DNA from: Octopus bimaculoides
Lineage: Eukaryota
Assembly (NCBI RefSeq): GCF_001194135.2
Contig: NC_068991.1
Location: 30,221,913 to 30,285,912, forward strand
Direction of reading: 5' to 3'
DNA length: 64,000 nt
The first letter of the stretch is position 1. The number at the start of each line of letters is the position of its first letter. Under the pieces are notes generated by a model that was not told the origin of the DNA, made no database searches, and worked only from the letters and a program-made list of their open reading frames with translations. A program made the position numbers and the translations under genes. This document shows, in pieces, positions 52,148 through 64,000 of the stretch.

Positions 52148-52772
52148 TATAATATATACATATATATAGTTTTATATATATGTGAATGTATAAATATATG
52201 TATATATATATGTGTGTGTGTGAATACACAAACAAGTTCGTACACAAGTATATATAGTCTAATATATGTATGCTTAAATATATCTATGAATATATACACA
52301 AACACACGTAAATACATAGATTTGTGTGTATCTAATGTATCTACGTATGTATGTATATATATATCTGAATATATCTGAAAAGAGCTTCTGCAGAGAAGCT
52401 ACAGTTCAGCAGCGACTAGTTTAGTGGAACCGGCGTCTTTCTGGCGCGATATCTCCATTCAGCCAAAACTTTGCTATCATCCGTTGGTGCCTACATAAAT
52501 ATATATACATGTGTAGAAAAATAATTCATTCCTGCAGAGAGACGAATCCCTGTTTTGTGTAGTTCTATTTGGATTTGAGGTTAGTATTCTATAAAACCCA
52601 CATATATATGTGCAAATATATGTATTGGATGAATATGTTTTCATAAATGAATGCATACATACATACATTCATAAATAGATGCATATATACATAAGTTTAT
52701 ACATAAATACATGCATACATATATAGATGCAATTTAATACATGCATGCATGCAAATATGTGTAAGCCGGCAC

Positions 52773-53137
52773 GAGCGTGGCTGTACGATAAGAAGCATAC
52801 TTCCCAACCAAATGGTTCCGGGTTCAGTCCCACTGCGTGGCACCTTCGACAAGTGTTTTCTACTGTAGTCTCGCGCCAACCAAAGCCTTGTGGATTTGGT
52901 AGGCAGAAACTGAAAGAAGCCTGTCGTATGTATATATCTATGTATGCGTGTCATGTTTGGATTTGTCCTTCATTACCACTTGACAACCGGTATTGATGTG
53001 TTTACATCCCTGTAAACTAGCTGTTCGGCAAAACACACCGATAGAATATGTACTAGACTTTAAAAAGTAATAAGTCCTGGTGTCGATTTGTTCGACTAAA
53101 ACCTGGCCTCAGTCAAATGACTGAAACACGTAAAAGA
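52773..53137 (+). mobile_element. SINE family A, full length
   Basis: Head through tail present. Confidence 0.85.
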
Positions 53138-53582
53138 AAAAAAGGAATACTACATACATGCATACATACCTACACACATACTTAGAAGTATACACACATA
53201 AAATCATATATGTACACATGCATGTAAGCGTACTTGCATACATACACATACGCAAACATACATAAATACATACATACATACATACATACATTCATATATA
53301 CATGGAAATATAACTACATGCTGATATAGCCAACATGCGTGTCTGAGTGAAAGTTCATAAATGTACATTTACAAAGTTACTAAGCACTTCACAACTACAA
53401 TACGTAAATGGAACTGTAAAATTATGCAAGGCTTCTCAAAAGTTCAGTATCTTATAGTTATCGTTGTTGTTATTTAAATTACAGCATTGGAAACATGATT
53501 CATGAAATGAAAACAGGTCCATCTTCGTAGGAATAATTCTAATAAGTAAGAAAACATCCGTACAATAATCAAAGGTAATATA

Positions 53583-54793
53583 CGATGGTTCGTCAAAAGG
53601 TTCATAGGCTGACTATGAAGGAGTGACGCTAGAGCTATGGAACTTTGCATGCATTAATCTCATCTCTTCTTATTAATAACTGCACTGTTTTTTTTTTTTC
53701 TTTTCCAGGTTAATTGACATCTGCCTCTTCAAAGAAGTCGTCAAAAGTAACTGGTTACGACTTCTCTTGAAATCGACAAAATTTCGTATTGTGGAGTTAT
53801 CAAGTATCTGCAGAGAAAAGGTTAAGCCCCCAATAACATTCATGCTGACATGGTTGAAACAACACGGGATGACGTACCAGCTTTATCAACAGTGCAAAAG
53901 TAGGCAGCTGAATTTAGGATGGGAGGGAGAGTATTGAAGCTGACTCAAGGTCTAGACATCCTGCAACTGCCACCACCGAGGACAACATTGACCATGTTCA
54001 CCACATGCTGATGGATGACAGGTGATTGACTATAAAGCAAACAGCCAATGCTATTGGCATATCCCGTCAGAATATTGTGCACAATGAACTTGGCCTGACG
54101 GAGGTTTCTGCTCGCCGAGTGCCACATTTTCTGACACCTGATCAAAAGTGAACCAGGTTGATCACACCACGGAGAAACTTGACATGATTGAGGCAAATCC
54201 AACATGTTCCCTTGAATACTCCTAAGCCAAAATGTATGTTGGGTCGATCAATTTGAGCCAGTGACAGGGAGACAAGGCGACATACCCCTCCTCACCTATT
54301 CCAAAGACGGTTAACGTTGTTTCACCTACAGGGAAGGTGATGGCCTCCGTTTTTTGGGGGGAAGCAAAAGGTACTGTGTTTATTGATTACCTTGAAAACA
54401 GCCACACCAACTTATTGAGGCAATTGTGAAAGACTATCAAGGACAAACAACCAGGAAAACTGACGAAAGGCGTCTTATTTCATCAGGTCAATGCTCTCGC
54501 ACACAAGTCCGTGGTTTCACTGGCTACTGTGCGTGACGGTGGCTTGAACTGATTAATGATCTTCACTCTTTTCCTGATCTCGCCCCATCTATCTATCATC
54601 TGTTCCCAAAAATGAAACAGCACTTGGCTGGGAAGCAGTATCACAGTGATGATGACGTCATATCTTCTGCTGATCAACAGAATGAAAGCCTTTGTACCAT
54701 GGGATACAAGAACTGCAACACCGATGGAAGAAGTTTTGATCACATTCCATGAGAGTATTTGGTTCAGCCTATGAACGTTTTAGCCAACCCATG
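53583..54793 (+). mobile_element. Near full-length mariner relic (1211 bp) with both TIRs and TA flanks
   Basis: TIRs TA-CGATGGTTCGTCAAAAGGTTCATAGGCTGA and TA-CATGGGTTGGCTAAAACGTTCATAGGCTGA (right end, reverse complement); motifs GVIKYLQ, VSARRVPHFLT, GKVMASVFW, PDLAPS.YHLFPKMK; many stops. Confidence 0.9.
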
Positions 54794-54935
54794 TAATTAC
54801 AGATATACAAACATATACCCGAATATCAGTAGTTAATCGTATTTTACATATATATGCGCAAAATGTCCTATACGTAATTTATCTACGTATCTTTCAATAT
54901 ATATAAATATATATAAATATACATACATACATACA

Positions 54936-54982
<47 letters not shown>

Positions 54983-55009
54983 TGGGTTGCAGTCAAGCTG
55001 AAGTACAGG

Positions 55010-55181
55010 GTTTAGTCGCACAAATCGACCTCATTACTAGTTTTGCTAAAGCCTAGTACTTATTCTATCGGCCATTTATGGCCAATTGCTAAGTTACAAA
55101 CCAACTCTAGTTGTTAAGCCCATACACGATACACACATACATACACACTCACATATACATACACACTCACACATACATACA

Positions 55182-55212
<31 letters not shown>

Positions 55213-55365
55213 GGGACGGGCTCCTTTCAGTTTCCATCAACCTAATCCACCTACAAGGGTGTGGTCTGCCCGAAGTTATGGTCGATGATACTTACTCAAA
55301 GTTCCATTGAATGGAACTGAATCATAAACCATTTGGTTGAGAAGCAAACTTCTTACCACACACAA
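55010..55365 (-). mobile_element. Degenerate SINE family A with internal (CA)/(CATA)n
   Basis: Similarity. Confidence 0.7.
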
Positions 55366-55620
55366 ACACACTTGCGCCTGTATGTCCGTATGCATATGTG
55401 TGTGTGTTTGTGTGTGTGTTTGTGTTTGTGTGTGTGCGTGCGTGCTGCGTGCGAGCGTGCATGCGTGTGTGAGTATTCTGTAGATAGGTTAAAATCCAAG
55501 CTGTGTCATCTTGAAGCACATCTGCTCCTTCCAGTATTCCAAATCTGTATGTAGTTGTATGTAATACGAATAAGAGTTGAAAATTCTGGTAGATATTTTG
55601 TAGTGTCATTATATATCGAA

Positions 55621-55907
55621 ACAGGAGATTGGTAAAAGCGTTGGTGGTATTTATTCACCATTTCACATGTTTCAAATGCTAACAGAGGTTACAAAACTTA
55701 TACATGTAAGAAAAACCTATAAAATATCTCCTATTAGAAATTCTTCAGGTTGAGGATCATAAAATATCATTTCATTCTTTGAATTTCTAATAGGAAATGT
55801 TCCTACATGTAAAATTTTCTCCTACATGTAAAATTTTGTAACGTTATTACCATCTGAAACATGTGTAATGATGAATAAACAACACCTAACGTTTTCCAAT
55901 CTCTTGT
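55621..55907. mobile_element. Old inverted-repeat element with split hammerhead remnants
   Basis: Arms roughly 75-80% reverse-complementary by eye; CTGAAGA on minus at 55742-48; GAAACATGTGTA on plus at 55856-67. Confidence 0.65.
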
Positions 55908-56215
55908 ATTTATACTTACGTACACACATACATACATATTGTTTTATGGTATGTGCTGATTATTTTGGGACACAGAACAATGAATGTGTTCCATAGTGTT
56001 TCATATTTGAGAGTGCATAGACATTCGTGTACGTCAATTTATGTATGCATGTTATGTGATCCCATGTATCTTGCAGAAATTATTACACACACATATGTGT
56101 AGGTATATATATATATATATATNNNNNNNNNNNNNNNNNNNNNNNNNNNNNNNNNNNNNNNNNNNNNNNNNNNNNNNNNNNNNNNNNNNNNNNNNNNNNN
56201 NNNNNNNNNNNNNNN

Positions 56216-56262
<47 letters not shown>

Positions 56263-56414
56263 TGGTTATTTTAAGTCGAATTCTACATATATATATATAT
56301 ATATATATTGTTGTATTTGGGGATGGTCATGTTGCCAGTTTTGCCAATAAAAACACACGCACTATATATTTGGTGTAAATTTGCTTCAGTTTTATTTTAC
56401 ATGAATCGTATTTC

Positions 56415-56459
56415 GGCCAGAGTTATTTCGTCACACTTCACTGACCTCATCAGTGGTCC
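56415..56459 (-). ncRNA. Candidate minimal hammerhead ribozyme
   Basis: Minus strand GGACCA CTGATGA g GTCA gtgaagtg TGAC GAAA taac TC TGGCC. Confidence 0.5.
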
Positions 56460-56909
56460 TTTGCTTTCTTCTTTCTTATTTGTGTGTCGTTCCTTACTAA
56501 CGATCAGCCATTTTGACAAAATTATGATGCTATGATGCTTGGTGTTTCCATTATTTTGTCCAACACCTGTATATATATGTGTGCGTATGTGTGTGTGTGT
56601 GTATGCATATATATATATATANNNNNNNNNNNNNNNNNNNNNNNNNNNNNNNNNNNNNNNNNNNNNNNNNNNNNNNNNNNNNNNNNNNNNNNNNNNNNNN
56701 NNNNNNNNNNNNNNNNNNNNNNNNNNNNNNNNNNNNNNNNNNNNNNNNNNNNNNNNNNNNNNNNNNNNNNNNNNNNNNNNNNNNNNNNNNNNNNNNNNNN
56801 NNNNNNNNNNNNNNNNNNNNNNNNNNNNNNNNNNNNNNNNNNNNNNNNNNNNNNNNNNNNNNNNNNNNNNNNNNNNNNNNNNNNNNNNNNNNNNNNNNNN
56901 NNNNNNNNN

Positions 56910-56981
<72 letters not shown>

Positions 56982-57715
56982 GTTTGTGTCTGCGTGTGCA
57001 AAAGTGTGTGCTTTTTGTGCTCCTGTATGTGTGTGTGCTTAACTTGTCTGCTAATGGTTTCGTATGCTAGTACGTGTTTTTCTTGTTGTATAGACTTCTT
57101 TAAGCAGTCTTTACAAATGTACTTGTGTGACCAACAACGAGCCAGTCGGAAAACTTCCTGTTTCATATGAATGTTTATTTACGTCCAACGTCGACTTAAT
57201 GTAGTTTGAGCAACGAGTTTACAGTTTGTCCACCTTTACTTGAGCACTAAAGTCGGGGAGCCGGGATGTGTTGGGATTTTAACTGTTTTTTTTTTTGTAT
57301 TTCAAATATTTATGTATTTTTACTGCTGGTTTTGATGTGCGCAATTTTGTATTTTACTTTACTTTGATCGTTTTTATTTCTTATTGTTTCTTTGCTTTTT
57401 TTTATTAATCGAGTAGACAACTTAATATCCTTTCATACCAATTGTGTTATGTGAGATATATACACACACATGCACGCGCGCACGCACGCACCCACACTCT
57501 AGCTGAGTATCCTGTCGTTGCCGGACAATTTCACGATAGAATGCCTTTTGGAATAGCATGCCCACATGTTTATTTTCTATTTTGGCGACGATTTTTCAAT
57601 TTTCTTTTTTCATCACATTTTTGTTTTGGAAATGATGGGGGAAACTTTTTATGGAGACGAAATTTTGAAAATTTATGAATCCCTTTCACCGAGCCCCACC
57701 CCAACCTACTAGTCA

Positions 57716-58423
<708 letters not shown>

Positions 58424-59060
58424 CCATGCCTAATTAATTCAAATTTGAAAAATTAAATTAAGGATTCATATTGAATATAGTTAATTGAACATTTCGTCAA
58501 GATCAGAACTTGACAGAAAAGGAACTACTTCCCAATGTTTTGATATATCATTGGTAAACTCAGAATTAAGTTCAGATATGTGCGTTTATATACTCTATTA
58601 TATTTTTAAAAAAAAAACGTTTCTCGTGTATATGCAATTTTATCTTAGTGTATTTGTGCGCGTGTGCGTCTTAATGTGTTGTAATACAAAGGAGCAGTTA
58701 GGTTGCGTAACCGATATTTTCGATAATTAAAACATTTATTCCTAATTTTCATTATTACTTGTGAGAGTACGAAATGTCAGTAAAGTTTTTAATTAAGTCA
58801 CCTAGTTAAAACATCTATAATTAATAATTAAATATTAATTTTTATTTTATAATTTAAAACATAAATCATAGTTACTTTAAATTGGTTTCAATAAATTAAT
58901 GCCTGCATAATTTCTCCATTTTCTTTTTCTTATACATACATGATAATATATCCATATCCATTCATGTGAAGTTGACATCTTTTAGTATTTCACTGATATA
59001 CTGGATAAAACCGGGGAAACTAGATGCTGACATCCCTTTAAGAGGTATTTTTATCCTCCA

Positions 59061-59099
<39 letters not shown>

Positions 59100-59204
59100 A
59101 AAAAAACCAGCAAAATTAAGATTTATAGAACAAACATATTGTTTTGAGACTTAGGAAATGAATGTGTACGCAGGCGTGGAAATCAGATGCCGAGTAGACT
59201 TTAA

Positions 59205-59409
59205 TTGGTTTCAGATTTTGAGAGAAGGCCAGCAATTTCAGGGGAAGTTGATTACATGAACCCCAGTGTTCAACTGGTCCATATTTTATCGATTACGAAA
59301 GGATAAAAGCCAAACTTAACCCTGTCGGTATTTGAACCTAGAAGGTATAGACAGACGAAATGCCGCTAAGTATTTAGCCCAGCGAGCTATTTTGCCAGCT
59401 CACCGCCTT
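59205..59409 (-). mobile_element. Degenerate SINE family B
   Basis: Head ..GCCAGCTCACCGCCTT on the plus strand; tail motif present. Confidence 0.75.
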
Positions 59410-61209
59410 AGACGTTGATATAACATTTAAAACTTATGAAAAATGTGAAAATCTGTGCCGAACAATATAGATATCTATTAATACTAAACCTGTTTTGTGT
59501 CTGGAAGATGGGAGCAGTGTGTTACGTAAGGGAGTCAGAAGTGATTGTAACTGAATCGCTTAAGAGAGGGTTAATTTGTAATTCCTACACACACTGTCTA
59601 TATAATGTAACCAAATTAGTTACTTTAATGTTGTATTAAGTTCCTAAATTTTGGAGAAGTATCACTCGGCACAGATGTGCAGCTGCAGAACACTTTCGAC
59701 CCAACAATCCCATGATGCTCAAGTAATCAGTCGAACGTGGAATCAAAAGATCTCATTCTAGTTTTGTTGTGGCTTTTGTTGAATGTGTTATTAAAAAGGG
59801 GAAACAGGCAAAACAGTGACTATCGGGGCACCCAACACAAAAATGCCAAAAATGTAGACATTTCATAGAAAGGTCCCCCACTTCTTTCTTTTTCTCTCGA
59901 AAAAAAAAAGAGAAAGAAGAAAAACGTATAAAATTGCGAAATATATAAATCTGTATTGGTTAACAATGAGCTAGTATGAAAATGTGCAATCTGTGCTAAT
60001 AGTGTGCACAGCTGCATATGAATATTGTTGTTCTCCATGCACTAAATCTACTGCACTATTTTAATAGTTGCAGCAAAAGATAAACACATTCAGACACGAA
60101 ACTGAACAAACCAGATAAACCAGAAAACGCATAATACACAGGCACACATTATGTGTATGAGTGTGTACATGCAAACAGACACACATACATATATATATAT
60201 ACGTACACACAAATATATACATTTCTAAATTCATGTACGTGTCGGTTTATAACGTATGCGTGAGAGGTCTGTGTAAATGGGTGTAAATATATATATAAAA
60301 AACGTTATTATACGAGAGGACGACACAGAAACGGCAGTGTCGGGTTCAATTCCGGATCGTGTTTTCTTTCGGGTATTATTGTTCCGAGTGCAAATCACTT
60401 CAGGGACAACTTTAGGATAAATATCACTCCAACAATGCATCAATCTAATATTTGGTTGTCCTTCCTCAAAATGTTGACTTTGTGCCAAGACGAGAAACGA
60501 ATACTATAAAATATATTCGTCTGGTAGATTCTTGAAAATGTCATCTATAGATGACATTCTCCTCATATTCCTCTGATGTATACTCACAGTGGATAGTAAG
60601 GAGAGCTGAACTGACAAGTAACTGTCAGTCGCACTCTTAACTTTTAAGCGGCTCGGTCTACTTACCTGTAAATATGCACTACATGTTTGGAATATCTAAC
60701 AGCTGCAAACCACGTTAACAGAACGGTAGAACATGGATTTGTGCTCTATTTGCAATTTTACTCTGACTTGTTATAGAGGGACATAGCAGTAAACATAAAC
60801 ATAAGGGATGAGCCAATAGTGATCTAGTAACTAGTAGAGGAAGAAGTGGGCCAACAGTGGGTTAAAATTGTTTAAAACGGGAAAAATTGGTTTGCCGTGG
60901 ATAAGAGTAAAAATATGAGGCCTTAGACACAATTATTAGTCGGTCATATATGGAAGCAGGTACAGATTTCATCAAAGTGGCTAACTTCATATAGCACAGA
61001 TAAGCATCGTGTGTTTTGTGGTGCTTCTAAGCTCATTGGTTTAAGGGGAAACAACGCCATCATAGATATAGCAAAGACATTAATTCTTTAAAGCTTCTTT
61101 AGAATAAAGGATGAATGTCTCTGGGTCATTGTGCTTGTGAAAGGGGTGGTTATTTCTTGAGAAAAAGCAAAAAGAGTGAGCAAGCTAATCTCTACAGGGT
61201 TTTTCGATA

Positions 61210-61210
<1 letters not shown>

Positions 61211-61270
<60 letters not shown>

Positions 61271-61319
61271 GCTGCTATTGCTGCTGCGACTACTACTACT
61301 TCTTCTGCTGTCACTACTA

Positions 61320-61405
<86 letters not shown>
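61211..61405. repeat. Compound (ACT)n/(GCT)n/(AAT)n microsatellite
   Basis: Direct. Confidence 0.97.
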
Positions 61406-61407
<2 letters not shown>

Positions 61408-61660
61408 CCACTGCTACCGCTGCTTCTGGTGCTGCTGCTTTCTTACTGAACATAAAAGTAAATCAGTGAATGAAATTATTTCTTGTGTACATTTATGAGA
61501 GAGAGAAAGATTTGTGTGTTCGCGTTTTTCTTTACCATCGCCGAGCCTCCCAGAGTCTATGTCTATCTCCACCATAAACGAGGCTCAGCAATAGTCGGCG
61601 CGAAAAGTGTAGAAACATTCTGACCAATCATATGGCATAACCAATATGTAAAATATACAT

Positions 61661-61775
<115 letters not shown>

Positions 61776-61978
61776 GGACTCTCCCGTCGAAGGCGACGTA
61801 TGAATGTTCAGCTTTTGCCGAACGACCTGCACAAATCATTTGATTATAGTAATCAAAATGTCCGAGCTGCACATTAACTACACACTTCATCAAATCAACG
61901 TTTCCTGAACAGGTGCACGGTGTACTACGTGTCAGGTATCGAAGTGACACACACACTTACATGCGCACGCACGCGCGC

Positions 61979-62021
<43 letters not shown>

Positions 62022-62047
62022 CGCACACACACACACATATATATATG

Positions 62048-62109
<62 letters not shown>

Positions 62110-62982
62110 TGGTTATTTTAAGTCGAATTCTACAAATTTACAGTTTCCTCCGCTGTAAAGCAGATCTCATTGAGTTAGTAATATCATATTGAATTTTGGT
62201 TAAGATGGAAACACTACACTTGTACCATTCCAATTTTAAAGGAAACTCGTATTAATGCTGCTATAATTGCGTTCAGTTCTGTAGTTTTGCTTGAAGTTAT
62301 ACTCTGCCTAGTCAACAAGTTAATTGTATATACATATTTATGTGTGTGCATAAATATATATATATATATATGTATGCGTGTATTATGTACACACACACGT
62401 ACGCACTCATACACACACACACACGCACACACGCACACACACACATACACACACATTTACAAAGCTCTTGCATGTTTTTATGAACTAAGATGTAAGGAGT
62501 GAAGAATTTAACTACATAGAGCAAAGTACAAAAACACATGCCGTTATAATCACCACCTAAGATATTCATGCCAATTCTACAATAAAAAGTGAAACGGTTA
62601 AGAAGAAAATAAAAATACCAGCTGTAAATAAAATACAAGAATCTAACAAATATAAAAACTGACAAGGTTTATATATTTAGTTTCTTTTCTTTTCATTGTT
62701 ATCTTTTTTTTTATTATTCCGTTGCAATCATTGAAGCGGAAACATGAAAACTCAGGCCAAGTATTTGCTTTGTTCCAGCATTGCAGTAAGTTACCGCTAC
62801 AAGAGTTCTGGGTATTTTTATTGTTCCAGACTTTGGTTAGCCAAAACTGCACACAGCATGGCGTGCATAAGATAAACATACACATATTTACCATTTATTG
62901 CACAGTGCTGTGCGTATGTGTGAGTGTATGTTTGTATGTGTGTCTGTATGTATGTATGTATGTATGTATGTATGTATGTATG

Positions 62983-63038
<56 letters not shown>

Positions 63039-63450
63039 CATACATGTACATATGTGCCAATGTTTGAGATTGATGTGTGTGCACGCGCGTGTTTGTATGC
63101 ATACATATACTCACACGCACGTACGCGCACGCACACAACACACACATGCACAGACTAATATATATAGAGACACACTCATATATTTGTGTGTATGTGTGCG
63201 TGTGTGTGTGTGTGCGTGTGTGTGTGTGTGCGTTTGTGTATGTCTGTATGTGTGTGTGTGCGCGAGCTCGCATCTGATGCGAGTATCCTTAATATCGTAC
63301 GTGAATATAACGACACAAACAGGATGCTACACACAACAGAAAAATGATGAAAGCACTCAAGTAGTGATGAGTGATGAGGTGTGAGATTTTTCTGTGAGTT
63401 TGTACGTGTGTTTTTAATTTCGTCTTCTATGATTATTATCATTATTATTA

Positions 63451-63951
63451 TTGAGTGAGAGAGCAGTGGATGCCATCAAAGTGACACTGGGGTAAAATAT
63501 ACGAAGCCCAATATTTCCATCATGGCTACCCGTCTGATAAGGATACACCAAGCACATGCATCACAAACATATTTGCATAGCATAGTGATTTCATATCAAG
63601 TGCATGACCTTGCAGGTGAGACCCAGTTGGAATTTTCTTCAGGTCGAGTAGCCCATCCCACTCAAAAGGTCCCTGAATAAGAGTTGTTTAAGGATGATGA
63701 ACAAAACACCCATGTTTCCAAAGGTGAATTATTCAAACCCCAAATAATTCCTCTCAACACATGGCTATGATGCTCCCCCACTACTTCTCCTCGTGATCAG
63801 AGATGCACATATCGTCAGCCAACAAAGGACATGCTCAACTGGTTAAGGTGAAGCAACTGACAAGCAAATCTGTGGTATTGAGCAGAATATTTGCTTTAGC
63901 CCATCTTTTATACCAAGACAAAACAATGTACATGATAACACTTCCAATCAA
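63451..63951 (-). mobile_element. ~500-bp non-coding insert between two (ATT)n tracts; probable LINE 3' UTR or non-autonomous retroposon
   Basis: Sharp boundaries against (ATT)n on both sides; minus strand ends ..CTCTCTCACTC(AAT)n like the R4/Dong copy at 16.7 kb; no ORF. Confidence 0.45.
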
Positions 63952-63996
<45 letters not shown>

Positions 63997-64000
63997 CATT

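Noticed and set aside
60537-60558. Perfect 22-bp palindrome AATGTCATCTATAGATGACATT
   Set aside because: Single occurrence with no flanking structure; possibly a repair or excision footprint, but this cannot be tested from the window.

Overview
AT-rich, microsatellite-saturated animal genomic DNA from a short-read assembly, with about 20 N-gaps, most of them next to simple repeats. From memory, the SINE/LINE families match the Octopus (cephalopod) repeat landscape; that taxonomic call is an inference. I found no convincing host protein-coding exon, and most long ORFs in the supplied track are artefacts of microsatellites and N-runs. The window is a mosaic of mobile DNA: (1) at least three tRNA-derived SINE families, some nested or in tandem; (2) several decayed non-LTR retrotransposon fragments with RT + CCHC + restriction-like endonuclease (R4/Dong-like); (3) a probable RTE-LINE 5' end and a Penelope-like RT fragment; (4) mariner/Tc1 and pogo relics and a 124-bp TA-flanked MITE. 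The most unusual signal is a set of mutually dissimilar 230-500 bp inverted-repeat elements (11.7, 19.6, 41.7, 55.6, 57.7 kb) plus single-arm copies (3.7, 56.4 kb). Each carries a type-I hammerhead-ribozyme-like motif (CUGANGA...GAAA...NUH), pointing outward in the paired-arm copies, and the helix I-III sequences change between families while pairing is kept. These are most simply read as non-autonomous Penelope-derived or retrozyme-like elements. All folding was done by eye and no self-cleavage activity has been shown.
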